A stretch of 32,000 nt of DNA from an uncultured Candidatus Saccharibacteria bacterium (GCA_964543385.1 CAZIYE010000002.1:1-32000), one strand, 5' to 3'. Shown: positions 15,579-25,045, counted from the stretch's first letter. Made by a program: numbers and translations. The notes: generated by a model not told the origin, from the letters alone.

Positions 15579-15947
15579 ATGATAAAATCAGATGACGGAT
15601 CAAAAACAATAAGATGGATAGCAAGAATTTTGGCTACCGCTTTTTTATTGTTTGGTCTGCCTTTTTATTTTGGTTATGGTAACCCGCTGCCTTTTGTTAG
15701 TCCTGGTTACACTTTGTGGGACAATGTTTGGCTAACAATTTTCCCGGTTGTTTTTGTAGGATTAGCAGTTGGCTGGTTAAATGAGAAGGTTGGCGGACTT
15801 TTGATAGTGATCCCGATAATAATTGGATTCATGATGGTGTTTGTCGCAGACAAAGACATTTCCCCTCACATGCTGATACCATTTATTGTAGGTGTTTTGT
15901 ATATTCTATCTAATAAAGAAATACGTAAAAAAACTGGAGAAAAATGA
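15579..15947 (+). CDS. Small multi-TM membrane protein, hypothetical
   Basis: 122 aa, hydrophobic helices, overlaps next gene by 4 nt. Confidence 0.7.
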   Translation: MIKSDDGSKTIRWIARILATAFLLFGLPFYFGYGNPLPFVSPGYTLWDNVWLTIFPVVFVGLAVGWLNEKVGGLLIVIPIIIGFMMVFVADKDISPHMLIPFIVGVLYILSNKEIRKKTGEK

Positions 15948-16690
15948 CATTTCTGTACATTCTTATTGCTTCGTTGCTAATCAGTTCGTGTGCTCTTATC
16001 GGTGTTTTTACCATGAGCATGAAAGAGAAATTTCTAAATAAGATTCTACTAAAACTGGTGGCTCTTTCGTCCGGCGCTCTTTTGGGCGGTGCTTTTATTC
16101 ACTTGATGCCCGAAGGAATTGAAAAGTTTGGCAACAACGAGAAGTTTTTCTTTGTAATACTTATTTCTCTTTTGGTTTATTTGCTTATCGAGAAAATCCT
16201 CCACTGGCGGCATTGCCATGCTGGCGGCGATTGCCCGATCCATTCATTCGGCTACATGAACCTTCTGGGCGACGGAGTTCATAATTTCATTGACGGTCTG
16301 ATTATTGCCTCATCTTTTATGGTAAGTATTCCTCTTGGTATTACCACCACAATTGCGATAGCTCTTCATGAAATTCCCCAGGAGGTTGGAGACTTTGGCG
16401 TGTTGCTTTACGCAGGCATAGAGAAGAAGAAGGCTTTATTGTTAAATTTTTTAGTCGCACTAACTGTTGTTGCTGGAGCAATCACGGGATGGTTTTTGCT
16501 ATCTCATATTGAGAACATCACCAGTTTCCTTTTGCCTGTTGCGGCAGGCGGATTTATCTACATTGCACTTAGCGATATGATCCCAGAGCTTCGCAAAGAA
16601 CATGACATGAAACAGTTTTTTACCATTTTTGCCTTCATTTTATTGGGAATCTTGCTTATGCTCGCAACAAAAATGTTGGGAGGAGAATAG
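15944..16690 (+). CDS. ZIP-family metal transporter 1
   Basis: GDGVHNFIDGLIIASSF ... ALHEIPQEVGDFG. Confidence 0.9.
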   Translation: MTFLYILIASLLISSCALIGVFTMSMKEKFLNKILLKLVALSSGALLGGAFIHLMPEGIEKFGNNEKFFFVILISLLVYLLIEKILHWRHCHAGGDCPIHSFGYMNLLGDGVHNFIDGLIIASSFMVSIPLGITTTIAIALHEIPQEVGDFGVLLYAGIEKKKALLLNFLVALTVVAGAITGWFLLSHIENITSFLLPVAAGGFIYIALSDMIPELRKEHDMKQFFTIFAFILLGILLMLATKMLGGE

Positions 16691-16696
16691 GAAATT

Positions 16697-17197
16697 ATGA
16701 CTAATACTAAGATTTTTATAATCGTTGCTGCTCCCATAGTTGTCTTTTCTGGAATAATAATATTTGCTTCGGCAAAAAATACTGATTCAGCGAAAGACAA
16801 TTCAACATTGGTTAGCTCAATTAACGAAAATCCGAATGGGAATGTGCTTGGTGCCAATACCAATGACGAATCAATTTCAGCAAGCAACATTTACAAAAAG
16901 ATAAGTATTGCTGAAGCCCAAAGCTTAATAGTGGAAAAAAAGGATAATCAGAATTTCAAAATACTCGATATCCGTACCAAAGAAGAGTTTATTTCGGGAA
17001 ATATTGACGACTCAAATAATATTGACTTCTATGGTGAATTTGAGCAGGAAATATCAAAACTTGATAAGAATATTTCATACTTAATCTATTGCCGGAGCGG
17101 CAACAGAAGCGGTCAAGCGATGGAAATATTTAAGAGGCTAGAATTCAAGGAAGTATATGATTTGGAGGGTGGATATAGCGCATGGCTGAGTTCGTAG
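16697..17197 (+). CDS. Membrane-anchored/exported rhodanese-domain protein
   Basis: N-terminal TM, KILDIRTKEEFISGNI...YLIYCRSGNRSGQAMEIFK...YDLEGGYSAW. Confidence 0.9.
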   Translation: MTNTKIFIIVAAPIVVFSGIIIFASAKNTDSAKDNSTLVSSINENPNGNVLGANTNDESISASNIYKKISIAEAQSLIVEKKDNQNFKILDIRTKEEFISGNIDDSNNIDFYGEFEQEISKLDKNISYLIYCRSGNRSGQAMEIFKRLEFKEVYDLEGGYSAWLSS

Positions 17198-17928
17198 CAA
17201 AAAATTTACCGGTATTGCTTTTAGCCTTTTTGTCAGGACTAGCTACTTTGCTGGGTGTATTTCTTGGGAGTCGTGGAAAGAAAACGGTTATCCATATTTC
17301 ATTTGGCACCGCTTTTGCTGCTGGGATTATGGTCTTGATATCGCTTTTCGAACTAATTCCAGGAGCGTATAATAATATCCAACTCAAATCATTATTATGG
17401 GTAGCAATAGGAGCCGGATTGGTCTGGGGTATAAACAAAATTCTTCCCCATCTTCATTCTGTTAATGCAATTGAAGACTGTGATGCCAAATGTATGGTGC
17501 GAATGTCATACCTTTTAGCGATAGGACTAATACTTCATGACTTCCCTGAGGGTTTTGCAATCCCGAGCTCATTTGAGTCATCGAAAGATCTCGGTTTTTT
17601 ACTCGTAGCCGCGACTTTCATTCATAATATTCCCGAAGGATACGTCTTAACGGTTGCATCAGCCAAATACAAAAGCAGCAAATTTTTCTATAAATCAGCA
17701 TTATTCTCTGGTATATCGACTCTTTCAGGGGCAATTCTTGGAGTAATCTTGATACACTACTTTTCCTTTTTAAATCCGATATTTCTCTCAATAGCAGCAG
17801 GGGCTATGCTCTTTATCTCATTTCATGAATTAATTCCAACTTCGCTAAGAAATGGCAGGAAAAGAGTGCTCGCAACCGGATTATTCACTTCTGTCTTGTT
17901 GTATTTTCTATTAGAAATAGCCTTTTAG
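17182..17928 (+). CDS. ZIP-family metal transporter 2
   Basis: LILHDFPEGFAIP ... FIHNIPEGYVLT; overlaps the rhodanese gene by 16 nt. Confidence 0.9.
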   Translation: MAEFVAKNLPVLLLAFLSGLATLLGVFLGSRGKKTVIHISFGTAFAAGIMVLISLFELIPGAYNNIQLKSLLWVAIGAGLVWGINKILPHLHSVNAIEDCDAKCMVRMSYLLAIGLILHDFPEGFAIPSSFESSKDLGFLLVAATFIHNIPEGYVLTVASAKYKSSKFFYKSALFSGISTLSGAILGVILIHYFSFLNPIFLSIAAGAMLFISFHELIPTSLRNGRKRVLATGLFTSVLLYFLLEIAF

Positions 17929-18057
17929 ATAAATTATTCGGTCGTCAAAATATTCATTTTTGGCAGCTAAAGTCTTTATCTATTACTTTTTTAAATTTTG
18001 TTTGTCTTAGTTGGTTGTGGTAAAATCAACATAGAAACATTATTAACGGAGGGAAAA

Positions 18058-18690
18058 ATGGACTCAAGTAAAAAGGTATTTTTCTGGATACTGGGGATTA
18101 TCTTGTTTTTAGCTTTGGCAGCAATTTCTGTTTATGCATATAATCAAAGTAAAGATCTGAAAAACAAAGAGAACGAAATCAGTACTCTGGAGAGCCAAGC
18201 GCAAACACAGAGTCAAGCCGAGCCAACAACAGCTGAAAATTGTACCGGAGATAGCTGTCTGTCTGTTGAGGGCCTAGAATATCCTGCCGGACAATTGCCA
18301 ACCGAAGTATCAAATGCAGTTAAGTCGGCACTTGATGATGAATATAAAGCATATTCTGTCTATGATGCTGTGATTGCAAAAATTGGGTCAGTTAGACCAT
18401 TTTCGATGATTATCCGAGCAGAAGAAAGCCATATTGCCTCATTAAAATCAATACTGGACAAGTATGGTGAAACTATTCCCGCCAATCCATATGCTGGGAA
18501 AGTTACGGTTAAAGATACGCTAAAAGAAAATTGCCAAATCGGGGTCGATGCAGAAATTGCCAATGTTGCGCTGTATAAAGACCAGCTCCTGCCAAAAGTT
18601 GCAACATACTCTGACATCACTTCAGTCTTTAACAATTTGATGAATGCTTCTAATGATAAACATTTGCCATCTTTCGGAAAATGCAATTAA
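18058..18690 (+). CDS. Membrane-anchored ferritin-like (DUF2202-like) protein
   Basis: N-terminal TM, DDEYKAYSVYDAVIAKIG...RAEESHIASLKSILDKYG. ATG 18058 preceded by ggaggg. Confidence 0.7.
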   Translation: MDSSKKVFFWILGIILFLALAAISVYAYNQSKDLKNKENEISTLESQAQTQSQAEPTTAENCTGDSCLSVEGLEYPAGQLPTEVSNAVKSALDDEYKAYSVYDAVIAKIGSVRPFSMIIRAEESHIASLKSILDKYGETIPANPYAGKVTVKDTLKENCQIGVDAEIANVALYKDQLLPKVATYSDITSVFNNLMNASNDKHLPSFGKCN

Positions 18691-18746
18691 TGCGCAGGCA
18701 AAAAGCAAAGAGATAGAAAGATTAACAACTTAGAAACTGGAGGAGG

Positions 18747-19520
18747 ATGAACAAAATCATAGCTTTTTTAGCAATAGCGTTGCTACTGCCGACCATTGCA
18801 ATTGCTGCTAATACATCTGCGGGACAAAACGGAAATAGCGGTTCTAGCGATTCTGGCAGCATAAGTTCCAACCAAGATGATTCCGGTTCCGTGACAAATA
18901 GTACCACAACTAGTCAAACTAACAGTAATGGAAACGCAAGCTCAACAAGTTCCAACCAAACTCAAAATCAGAACCAGGTTCAGACACAAACAAATAACCC
19001 TGGCGTGGGAACAATGACTCAGGAGCAGATAGAAGCGAGAATCACTGAGCAAATTCAGGAAAGCAAGCCAACCTATACGCCAAGAAACGAGCAGGCAACG
19101 GCCAGGATGAGTACTGTTGCAACTGCGGCAGAAGAATTGATTCGAGTATCTAATAGAGTTGAAAATCAAGGTATCGGTGACCAGATTAGAACAATCGCCC
19201 AGACTCAAGCCAAGAACCAAGACAAAATCAACCAATCAATCGATAAGGCGGAAAAAAGAACCGGTTTTGCGAAGTTTTTTATCGGTGATAACTATAAGGA
19301 ACTAAAAGTTGCCAAGCAATCAATGCAAGAAAACCAAGAAAAAATAAGAGAATTAAAAACTCTAATGGATCAAGTTGGAACCGATGCGGACAAGTTTGTA
19401 ATCGCGAATCAGATAATGACATTGCAGGAGCAGAATCTTGCAACCAGAGATCAAATCGAAGAGACAGATGGTGGATTTAGCCTATTTGGCTGGATAAATA
19501 GATGGTTTAATAAATATTAA
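18747..19520 (+). CDS. Secreted Ser/Asn/Gln-rich protein with coiled-coil C terminus
   Basis: Signal peptide MNKIIAFLAIALLLPTIAIAA, low-complexity linker, heptad-rich C terminus ending FGWINRWFNKY. Confidence 0.8.
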   Translation: MNKIIAFLAIALLLPTIAIAANTSAGQNGNSGSSDSGSISSNQDDSGSVTNSTTTSQTNSNGNASSTSSNQTQNQNQVQTQTNNPGVGTMTQEQIEARITEQIQESKPTYTPRNEQATARMSTVATAAEELIRVSNRVENQGIGDQIRTIAQTQAKNQDKINQSIDKAEKRTGFAKFFIGDNYKELKVAKQSMQENQEKIRELKTLMDQVGTDADKFVIANQIMTLQEQNLATRDQIEETDGGFSLFGWINRWFNKY

Positions 19521-19556
19521 ATAAAAATTAGTGAAATAGATCATTTTCGGACTAAA

Positions 19557-19587
19557 CACTATTTCATCAACTGGTGATGAAATAGTG
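19557..19587. promoter_or_regulatory. Perfect 13-bp inverted repeat, operator- or terminator-like
   Basis: cactatttcatca-actgg-tgatgaaatagtg, upstream of an XRE pseudogene and downstream of the cluster. Confidence 0.7.
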
Positions 19588-19631
19588 AAAAAGGATAGTC
19601 AGCATTGTATTCAATAATAAATTTGATATAT

Positions 19632-19850
19632 ATGAATAGCGAAAATGCCGATAAAATTTTAAAAGATCTGGGTAGTAGAATAAAAAAAGCCCGATAAGAG
19701 ATCGGTCTAACCAAAGCGGAAGTCGCAAAAGCGGTTGGCATGCATGTCAATTATTATACACAGATCGAGCGAGGCGAGGTAAACCCTTCTTGCGAGAAAC
19801 TTCAAGCCATCGTAAAAGTGATCAAGCTGAAAACGCTTGATATGTCTTAG
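19632..19850 (+). pseudogene. XRE-family HTH regulator with in-frame TAA at codon 22
   Basis: MNSENADKILKDLGSRIKKAR*EIGLTKAEVAKAVGMHVNYYTQIERGEVNPSCEKLQAIVKVIKLKTLDMS; stop at 19695-19697 where the paralog at 9071 has Glu. Confidence 0.8.
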
Positions 19851-19986
19851 TTATTTTCATCCGCTCCGTCCTCAAAAGATCTCATAAAATGGTTCAGCCA
19901 ATCCATGAGGTGTTCGAAACAAATTGCATCGAGGCTACCAAAATAAAAACTTCATCTTCGGATGGAGTTTTTATTTTGCTTATAGT

Positions 19987-20457
19987 TTATTTTTCTATTT
20001 TAAGTAATTTTTGTTTACATTCTTTTCCTGCAGTGAAGCCTCCTAGTGAACCATCCCTTTTGATTACGCGATGGCATGGTATCAATATACATATCGGATT
20101 GTGTGCCACTGCATTTCCAACTGCTCTCACTGCTTTTGGCTTGCCAATCTTTTTCGCTATTTCGGCATATGTGCTCGTTGAGCAGATAGGTATTTTTGTC
20201 AATGCATTCCAAACTTTCTTCTGGAAAAGTGTCCCCTGAACAGAGATAGCTAAATTGAATTCTGTTCTCTTGCCTAAAAAATATTCCTGAAGTTCAACAT
20301 TTGCTTGCTTCAATATTGGCTCATCCGAATCTTGTATCCAGTCGCTTGGCGCAGTATTGAAATAGCGATCTCTCTCTATGTGTAGACCTGTGATATGAAT
20401 TCCGTCTGTACTGATAATCAATTTTCCGACAGGTGAGTCAAAAATATTATATTTCAT
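19987..20457 (-). CDS. ogt: Methylated-DNA-protein cysteine methyltransferase
   Basis: YAEIAKKIGKPKAVRAVGNAVAHNPICILIPCHRVIKRDGSLGGF. Confidence 0.93.
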   Translation of the reverse strand: MKYNIFDSPVGKLIISTDGIHITGLHIERDRYFNTAPSDWIQDSDEPILKQANVELQEYFLGKRTEFNLAISVQGTLFQKKVWNALTKIPICSTSTYAEIAKKIGKPKAVRAVGNAVAHNPICILIPCHRVIKRDGSLGGFTAGKECKQKLLKIEK

Positions 20458-20752
20458 TTATTTTTTTATTCGAATTAGTAGTATAGCGGCATTAATTTTT
20501 TGTAATTCATCTTATGAAAAGCATAGCACTCATAGGCATTACATTAAAGCATTAATAATATTCACTAAAACTGTTGTACATATTTGCATTTTACTCTAAA
20601 AAAATATATAATCGGGGTGTCGATATTCTCACAAATTTATAAATACTTAATGAACAAAACTTTCTCATATATCAAAATCAAATTCAAAGCTGGGGCGCAA
20701 GATCATTTTTGGGCTTAATTTTGTTTTGATCTAGGGAATTTGGAAGGAGTTG

Positions 20753-22276
20753 ATGATTAACCTAATTTTGACTGCAGTTATATGTCTCGCTGCAGGAGGC
20801 GCTGCTGGTTATTTTTTGTATCGAAAAACAGCAAAAGGCAAAATTGCGAATGCTGAAGAAAAAGTAGAAAAGATAGTAGAGGATGCTAAGACTAAAGCAA
20901 AAGAGCTATTGCTTGAGGCAAAAGACGAGGCTATCAAAGAGAAAGAGTCTGCCAAGAAGGAATATGATGAGAAATCAAAATCCTTAGAGAAAATAGAAAG
21001 TGATCTACGAAGAAGAGAACTAACCATTGATACGAGATTTGAAGAAGTCGAGAAAAGCAGAAAAGATTTGACTAAGAAACATGATGAAATCGAAGAGATA
21101 AAGCAAACACTCAGAGATTTGAGAAAAAAACAGGAAGAGAGTCTCGAGAGAATTGCCAAGATGACCAAGGATGATGCTAAAAAAGTCTTGTTAGACTTGG
21201 TTGAAAAAGAGGGTAAAGAAGAGCTTGTTAAGAAAATCAAAGAAGTCGATGAGTATGTACGCGATTCGGCTGACGAGAAGGCAAAGGGAATTATTATTAC
21301 TGCAATGCAGAGAGTCGCAGCTGAAACTTCAGCCGAAACTACAGTTTCTACTATTCAAATACCTAGTGATGAGATGAAGGGACGAATCATTGGTCGTGAG
21401 GGCAGAAACATTCAATCCTTTGAAAAAGTAACAGGTGTAGATCTGATCATTGATGACACTCCAGATGCAGTTGTTATCTCTTCTTTTGATCCAGTAAGAC
21501 GTGAAGTAGCTAGAGTAACTCTTATGGATCTTGTTACTGACGGACGCATTCACCCTACTAGAATCGAAGAGGCTTTTGAAAAGGCTAAAAAGGTTGTTGC
21601 TGCAGATATCAAAAAATCTGGTGAAGAGGCAGCTTATGAGGTTGGAGTAACCGGATTGCCTACAGAAGTTATTAAAGTTTTGGGTCGTTTAAAATTTCGG
21701 ACTTCTTTTGGTCAAAATCAATTACAACATGCAATAGAGGTATCACGATTAGCCGGTCTTGTTTCTGAAGAAATTGGCGCAAATACTGTCTTGGCTAAAA
21801 AGGCTGGACTTTTACATGACTTAGGAAAAGCAGTCGATCATGAAGTTCCTGGTTCTCACGCAGTGATCTCGGCAGATATTTTGCGAAAATTCAATTTACC
21901 TGCAGACCTTATACATGCAGTAGAGGCTCACCATGAGGACGTTCCTCTGGAAACAGCCGAGGCTGCTATTATTCAAATTGCAGATGCAATCTCTTCTGCT
22001 AGACCTGGTGCTAGGCGAGAATCTTTACAGCTTCACATCAAGAGACTTCAGGATCTTGAAAGAGTCGCAAATTCATTCCCAGGGGTTGAAAAGGCCTATG
22101 CTATTCAAGCTGGTAGAGAGGTTAGAATTTTAGTAAAACCAGAAGATGTAGATGACTTAACATCTGCAAAGCTTGCTAAAGAAATCGCCAAAAAAGTTGA
22201 AGAAGAAGTCCAATATCCTGGTCAAGTTAAGATTCAGGTCATACGCGAGGTTCGAGCTGTAGAATATGCCAAGTAG
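20753..22276 (+). CDS. rny: Ribonuclease Y
   Basis: N-terminal TM, long coiled coil, KH domain ([29 protein letters not shown]), HD domain ([20 protein letters not shown]). Confidence 0.97.
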   Translation: MINLILTAVICLAAGGAAGYFLYRKTAKGKIANAEEKVEKIVEDAKTKAKELLLEAKDEAIKEKESAKKEYDEKSKSLEKIESDLRRRELTIDTRFEEVEKSRKDLTKKHDEIEEIKQTLRDLRKKQEESLERIAKMTKDDAKKVLLDLVEKEGKEELVKKIKEVDEYVRDSADEKAKGIIITAMQRVAAETSAETTVSTIQIPSDEMKGRIIGREGRNIQSFEKVTGVDLIIDDTPDAVVISSFDPVRREVARVTLMDLVTDGRIHPTRIEEAFEKAKKVVAADIKKSGEEAAYEVGVTGLPTEVIKVLGRLKFRTSFGQNQLQHAIEVSRLAGLVSEEIGANTVLAKKAGLLHDLGKAVDHEVPGSHAVISADILRKFNLPADLIHAVEAHHEDVPLETAEAAIIQIADAISSARPGARRESLQLHIKRLQDLERVANSFPGVEKAYAIQAGREVRILVKPEDVDDLTSAKLAKEIAKKVEEEVQYPGQVKIQVIREVRAVEYAK

Positions 22277-22362
22277 ATATTAAACAACAGATGACGAATA
22301 TCACTAACTATACTAATCATTGTTATCATTCGTAATATCTGTCTTATTAGTAATCTGTGATT

Positions 22363-23163
22363 ATAATGAAAAATAAAACAATCAAAATTTTATTTATAGG
22401 TGATATTGTTGGAAAGCCTGGTCGCAATGTTGTTAAACATTTTTTGGCAGAGCTGAAGAATAATGAGAATATTGATTTTGTCATTGCAAATGGTGAAAAT
22501 CTGTCTGCTGGCAAAGGCATCACCTTCGATAAATATGAAGAGATGATTGCGGCAGGTATCGACTATTTTACCTCCGGCAATCATATATGGAATAATCGCG
22601 ATATCATACCTTATATGAAAGATAATTCTGTTAAGATACTGAGACCAGCAAATTATCCAAACGATCCTCCTGGATCAGGCTTTGCTAATATAAAAGTTGG
22701 GGATACTAAAATAACCATCGCTAATTTAATGGGACGAGTTTTTATTCCTGGTCTATTTGATGATCCATTCGCCAAAGGCAAGGAAATCGCTGATGCTAAT
22801 AAAGATTCAATAATTATAATAGATTTTCATGCTGAGGCAACCTCGGAAAAAATTGCTCTTGGCTATTATCTTGATGGTCAAGTTGCTGTGGTAATTGGGA
22901 CTCATACACATGTTCAAACTGCTGATGAAAAAATCCTTCCTGGCGGAACCGGGTTTATCTCTGACGTTGGTATGTGCGGCCCGATTAACTCTGTATTGGG
23001 CGTCGATAAGGACATTATTGTAAAGGGGTTCTTGACAGGCCTACCTCAATCGCATAAAGTAGCGGTAGGCAATAGCATGCTGAACGCTTGCGTGATTGAG
23101 ATTGATATTTCGACCAAGAAAACCTTGTCCATAAAACGAATATCAGAAATACTGAAAATTTAA
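22363..23163 (+). CDS. TIGR00282/YmdB-family metallophosphoesterase
   Basis: ILFIGDIVGKPGRNVVKHFL...NGENLSAGKGIT...GNHIWNN...IGTHTHVQTAD...MCGP. Supplied ORF starts at 22357. Confidence 0.95.
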   Translation: MMKNKTIKILFIGDIVGKPGRNVVKHFLAELKNNENIDFVIANGENLSAGKGITFDKYEEMIAAGIDYFTSGNHIWNNRDIIPYMKDNSVKILRPANYPNDPPGSGFANIKVGDTKITIANLMGRVFIPGLFDDPFAKGKEIADANKDSIIIIDFHAEATSEKIALGYYLDGQVAVVIGTHTHVQTADEKILPGGTGFISDVGMCGPINSVLGVDKDIIVKGFLTGLPQSHKVAVGNSMLNACVIEIDISTKKTLSIKRISEILKI

Positions 23164-23197
23164 ATAACATAATCTTCCTCGGAAGGAGGTGAGAAAG

Positions 23198-23470
23198 TTG
23201 AATAAAAACGAGCTAATAAATGAAGTTGCTAGGCGTACAGGTCTTTCTCGCCGTGAAGCTGAGGTTGGTGTCCAAACTATGCTTGATCTCGTCGCAAAAG
23301 AGCTTACATCAGGTGGTAAGGTCACATTGACAGGGTTCGGAACATTTGATGTCGGCAAGAGACGTGAAAGAGCCGGAGTAAATCCTCGAACGGGCAAGCC
23401 AATCAAGATCCCTGCTACTAAGATGCCTCGCTTCAAACCAAGCAAGAATATGAGAGTTAAGGTTAAGTAA
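23198..23470 (+). CDS. HU-family DNA-binding protein
   Basis: NKNELINEVARRTGLSRREAEVGVQTMLDLVAKELTSGGKVTLTGFGTFDVGKRRERAGVNPRTGKPIKIPATKMPRFKPSKNMR. Likely TTG start at 23198 after ggaaggaggtg; GTG 23189 overlaps the RBS. Confidence 0.95.
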   Translation: MNKNELINEVARRTGLSRREAEVGVQTMLDLVAKELTSGGKVTLTGFGTFDVGKRRERAGVNPRTGKPIKIPATKMPRFKPSKNMRVKVK

Positions 23471-23481
23471 GATCTAAAACA

Positions 23482-23519
23482 AACTGCAAAAACCATCATT
23501 AATGATGGTTTTTGCAGTT
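23482..23519. terminator. 38-bp perfect palindrome, likely bidirectional terminator
   Basis: aactgcaaaaaccatcatt|aatgatggtttttgcagtt, 12 bp after the HU stop codon. Confidence 0.85.
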
Positions 23520-23575
23520 AACAGGCTACTAAAATTAGACGCAATATGCTAAATTAAGTTAGAGGAAAAATTTTT

Positions 23576-23651
23576 GCCCGCGTAGCTCAGTGGATAGAGC
23601 GCCGCCGTCCTAAGGCGGGCGTCGTAGGTCCGATTCCTACCGCGGGTACCA
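23576..23651 (+). tRNA. tRNA-Arg(CCT)
   Basis: gcccgcg/cgcgggt, anticodon loop gtCCTaa with ccgcc/ggcgg stem, T arm gtagg-tccgatt-cctac, ACCA. Confidence 0.94.
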
Positions 23652-23682
23652 TACAACGATTTTTAAATAAATATTTTGAAAG

Positions 23683-24399
23683 ATGGATAAGAAAAAGACT
23701 ACAAAAGTTATTGCATTAAGGTCTTTAATAGCAGTCTTGTGTGTTGGCTTTGGTATTCTTGTTTCGGCGCAGCTACGTTCCTTGCCGGATAGGATCTCTA
23801 ATCCAATAGCGCCCTATATGAGCTTGAAAGAAACAAAAGTAGAGCTTTATAGTGAACAAGATCAGCTAAAGGGTGAAATAAAAAAGCTTCAGCAAGAGCT
23901 AGGGCAAACTCAGCGAGAGAATGAGGATATCATACTCACAAAGGATGAGATAAGGTCGTTAAATACTCAAAAAACTCTAGCTGGACTAACTAAACTTAAC
24001 GGTCCTGGCATCATCGTTAAGCTTGATGACAGCAAAACGGCAAGCCCAACTGAAGAATCAATTATTCACGCTGCTGATTTGCGAGATATAATCAATTTGC
24101 TTTGGGGATCTGGTGCTGAAGGTATTGCTATCAATAGTCAGCGAATTGTCCTAAGCAGTGCTATCGATTGTATAGTAAATACTATTTTGATAAATAATGT
24201 CAGAATAACAACACCTTTTCAGGTAGAGGCAATAGGTGATCAGGAGCTAATGATTCTAAATATCAAAAATAAAGATATGCTTCCAAATTTATATGACAGA
24301 GTCTCTTCTCAAAATATTATTTTAGAAGTTCAAAAAAATAACGATATTACAGTTCCTGCGTTCGATGGTTCATTCAGCATTAATTCAGGCGCCAACTAA
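23683..24399 (+). CDS. DUF881-family protein 1
   Basis: GPGIIVKLDDSK...DIINLLWGSGAEGIAINSQRIVLSSAI...TTPFQVEAIGD. Confidence 0.88.
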   Translation: MDKKKTTKVIALRSLIAVLCVGFGILVSAQLRSLPDRISNPIAPYMSLKETKVELYSEQDQLKGEIKKLQQELGQTQRENEDIILTKDEIRSLNTQKTLAGLTKLNGPGIIVKLDDSKTASPTEESIIHAADLRDIINLLWGSGAEGIAINSQRIVLSSAIDCIVNTILINNVRITTPFQVEAIGDQELMILNIKNKDMLPNLYDRVSSQNIILEVQKNNDITVPAFDGSFSINSGAN

Positions 24400-24400
24400 T

Positions 24401-25045
24401 ATGTTTAAGAAATCAGATTATCTTATAATCTCGATACTCCTATTTTTTCTGGGTATCTTTATAGTTACACAATATAAATCTGGTAAGGAATATATCAAAG
24501 CAATCAAGCCAGAGACTAACGAGGTTCTAGCAGTAGAAGTGTCAAAGCTCACAAAAACCAACTCAGATTTACGCACTCAGGTAAGATCACTAACCCTAGA
24601 ATTAGATAAATACAAAAACTCCTCTGAATCAAAAAAGATACTTTATGAAAAGTATACTAAGGATTTAGAAAATTTGAATGTTATCAATGGCTTTTCGCCA
24701 AAGACTGGCCAGGGCGTCTTGCTTAAAGTTGATGGTAAGATGGCGACCCCACAAATCGTTGATCTTGTTAATGCTATAAGAAATATTGGTTCGGACCTTA
24801 TCCTGATAAATGAAACAAGAATATTAATTAATACAGATCTATCAAAGTTTAAGGATCTTAGCGGTTATAATATTTCTATCTATGGTAATAGTAAAATGCT
24901 AAAATCAGCTCTGGAGAGAAGAGGTGGGATAGTCGAGCAAATTTCGACAAAAGACATGAAAATATCAGTTGAAGAGAAGGATAATGTGACTATCTCTAAA
25001 GGAAATAGTATTATTATAAAATATTCTAGATCAATAATTAATTAG
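24401..25045 (+). CDS. DUF881-family protein 2
   Basis: GQGVLLKVDGK...QIVDLVNAIRNIGSDLILINETRILINTDL. Supplied ORF starts at 24365. Confidence 0.85.
   Translation: MFKKSDYLIISILLFFLGIFIVTQYKSGKEYIKAIKPETNEVLAVEVSKLTKTNSDLRTQVRSLTLELDKYKNSSESKKILYEKYTKDLENLNVINGFSPKTGQGVLLKVDGKMATPQIVDLVNAIRNIGSDLILINETRILINTDLSKFKDLSGYNISIYGNSKMLKSALERRGGIVEQISTKDMKISVEEKDNVTISKGNSIIIKYSRSIIN

Noticed and set aside
19889-20239. Plus-strand 116-aa ORF opposite ogt
   Set aside because: Antisense to the ogt catalytic region; its first residues come from the plus reading of the conserved minus-strand peptide and copy A has stops in that frame.
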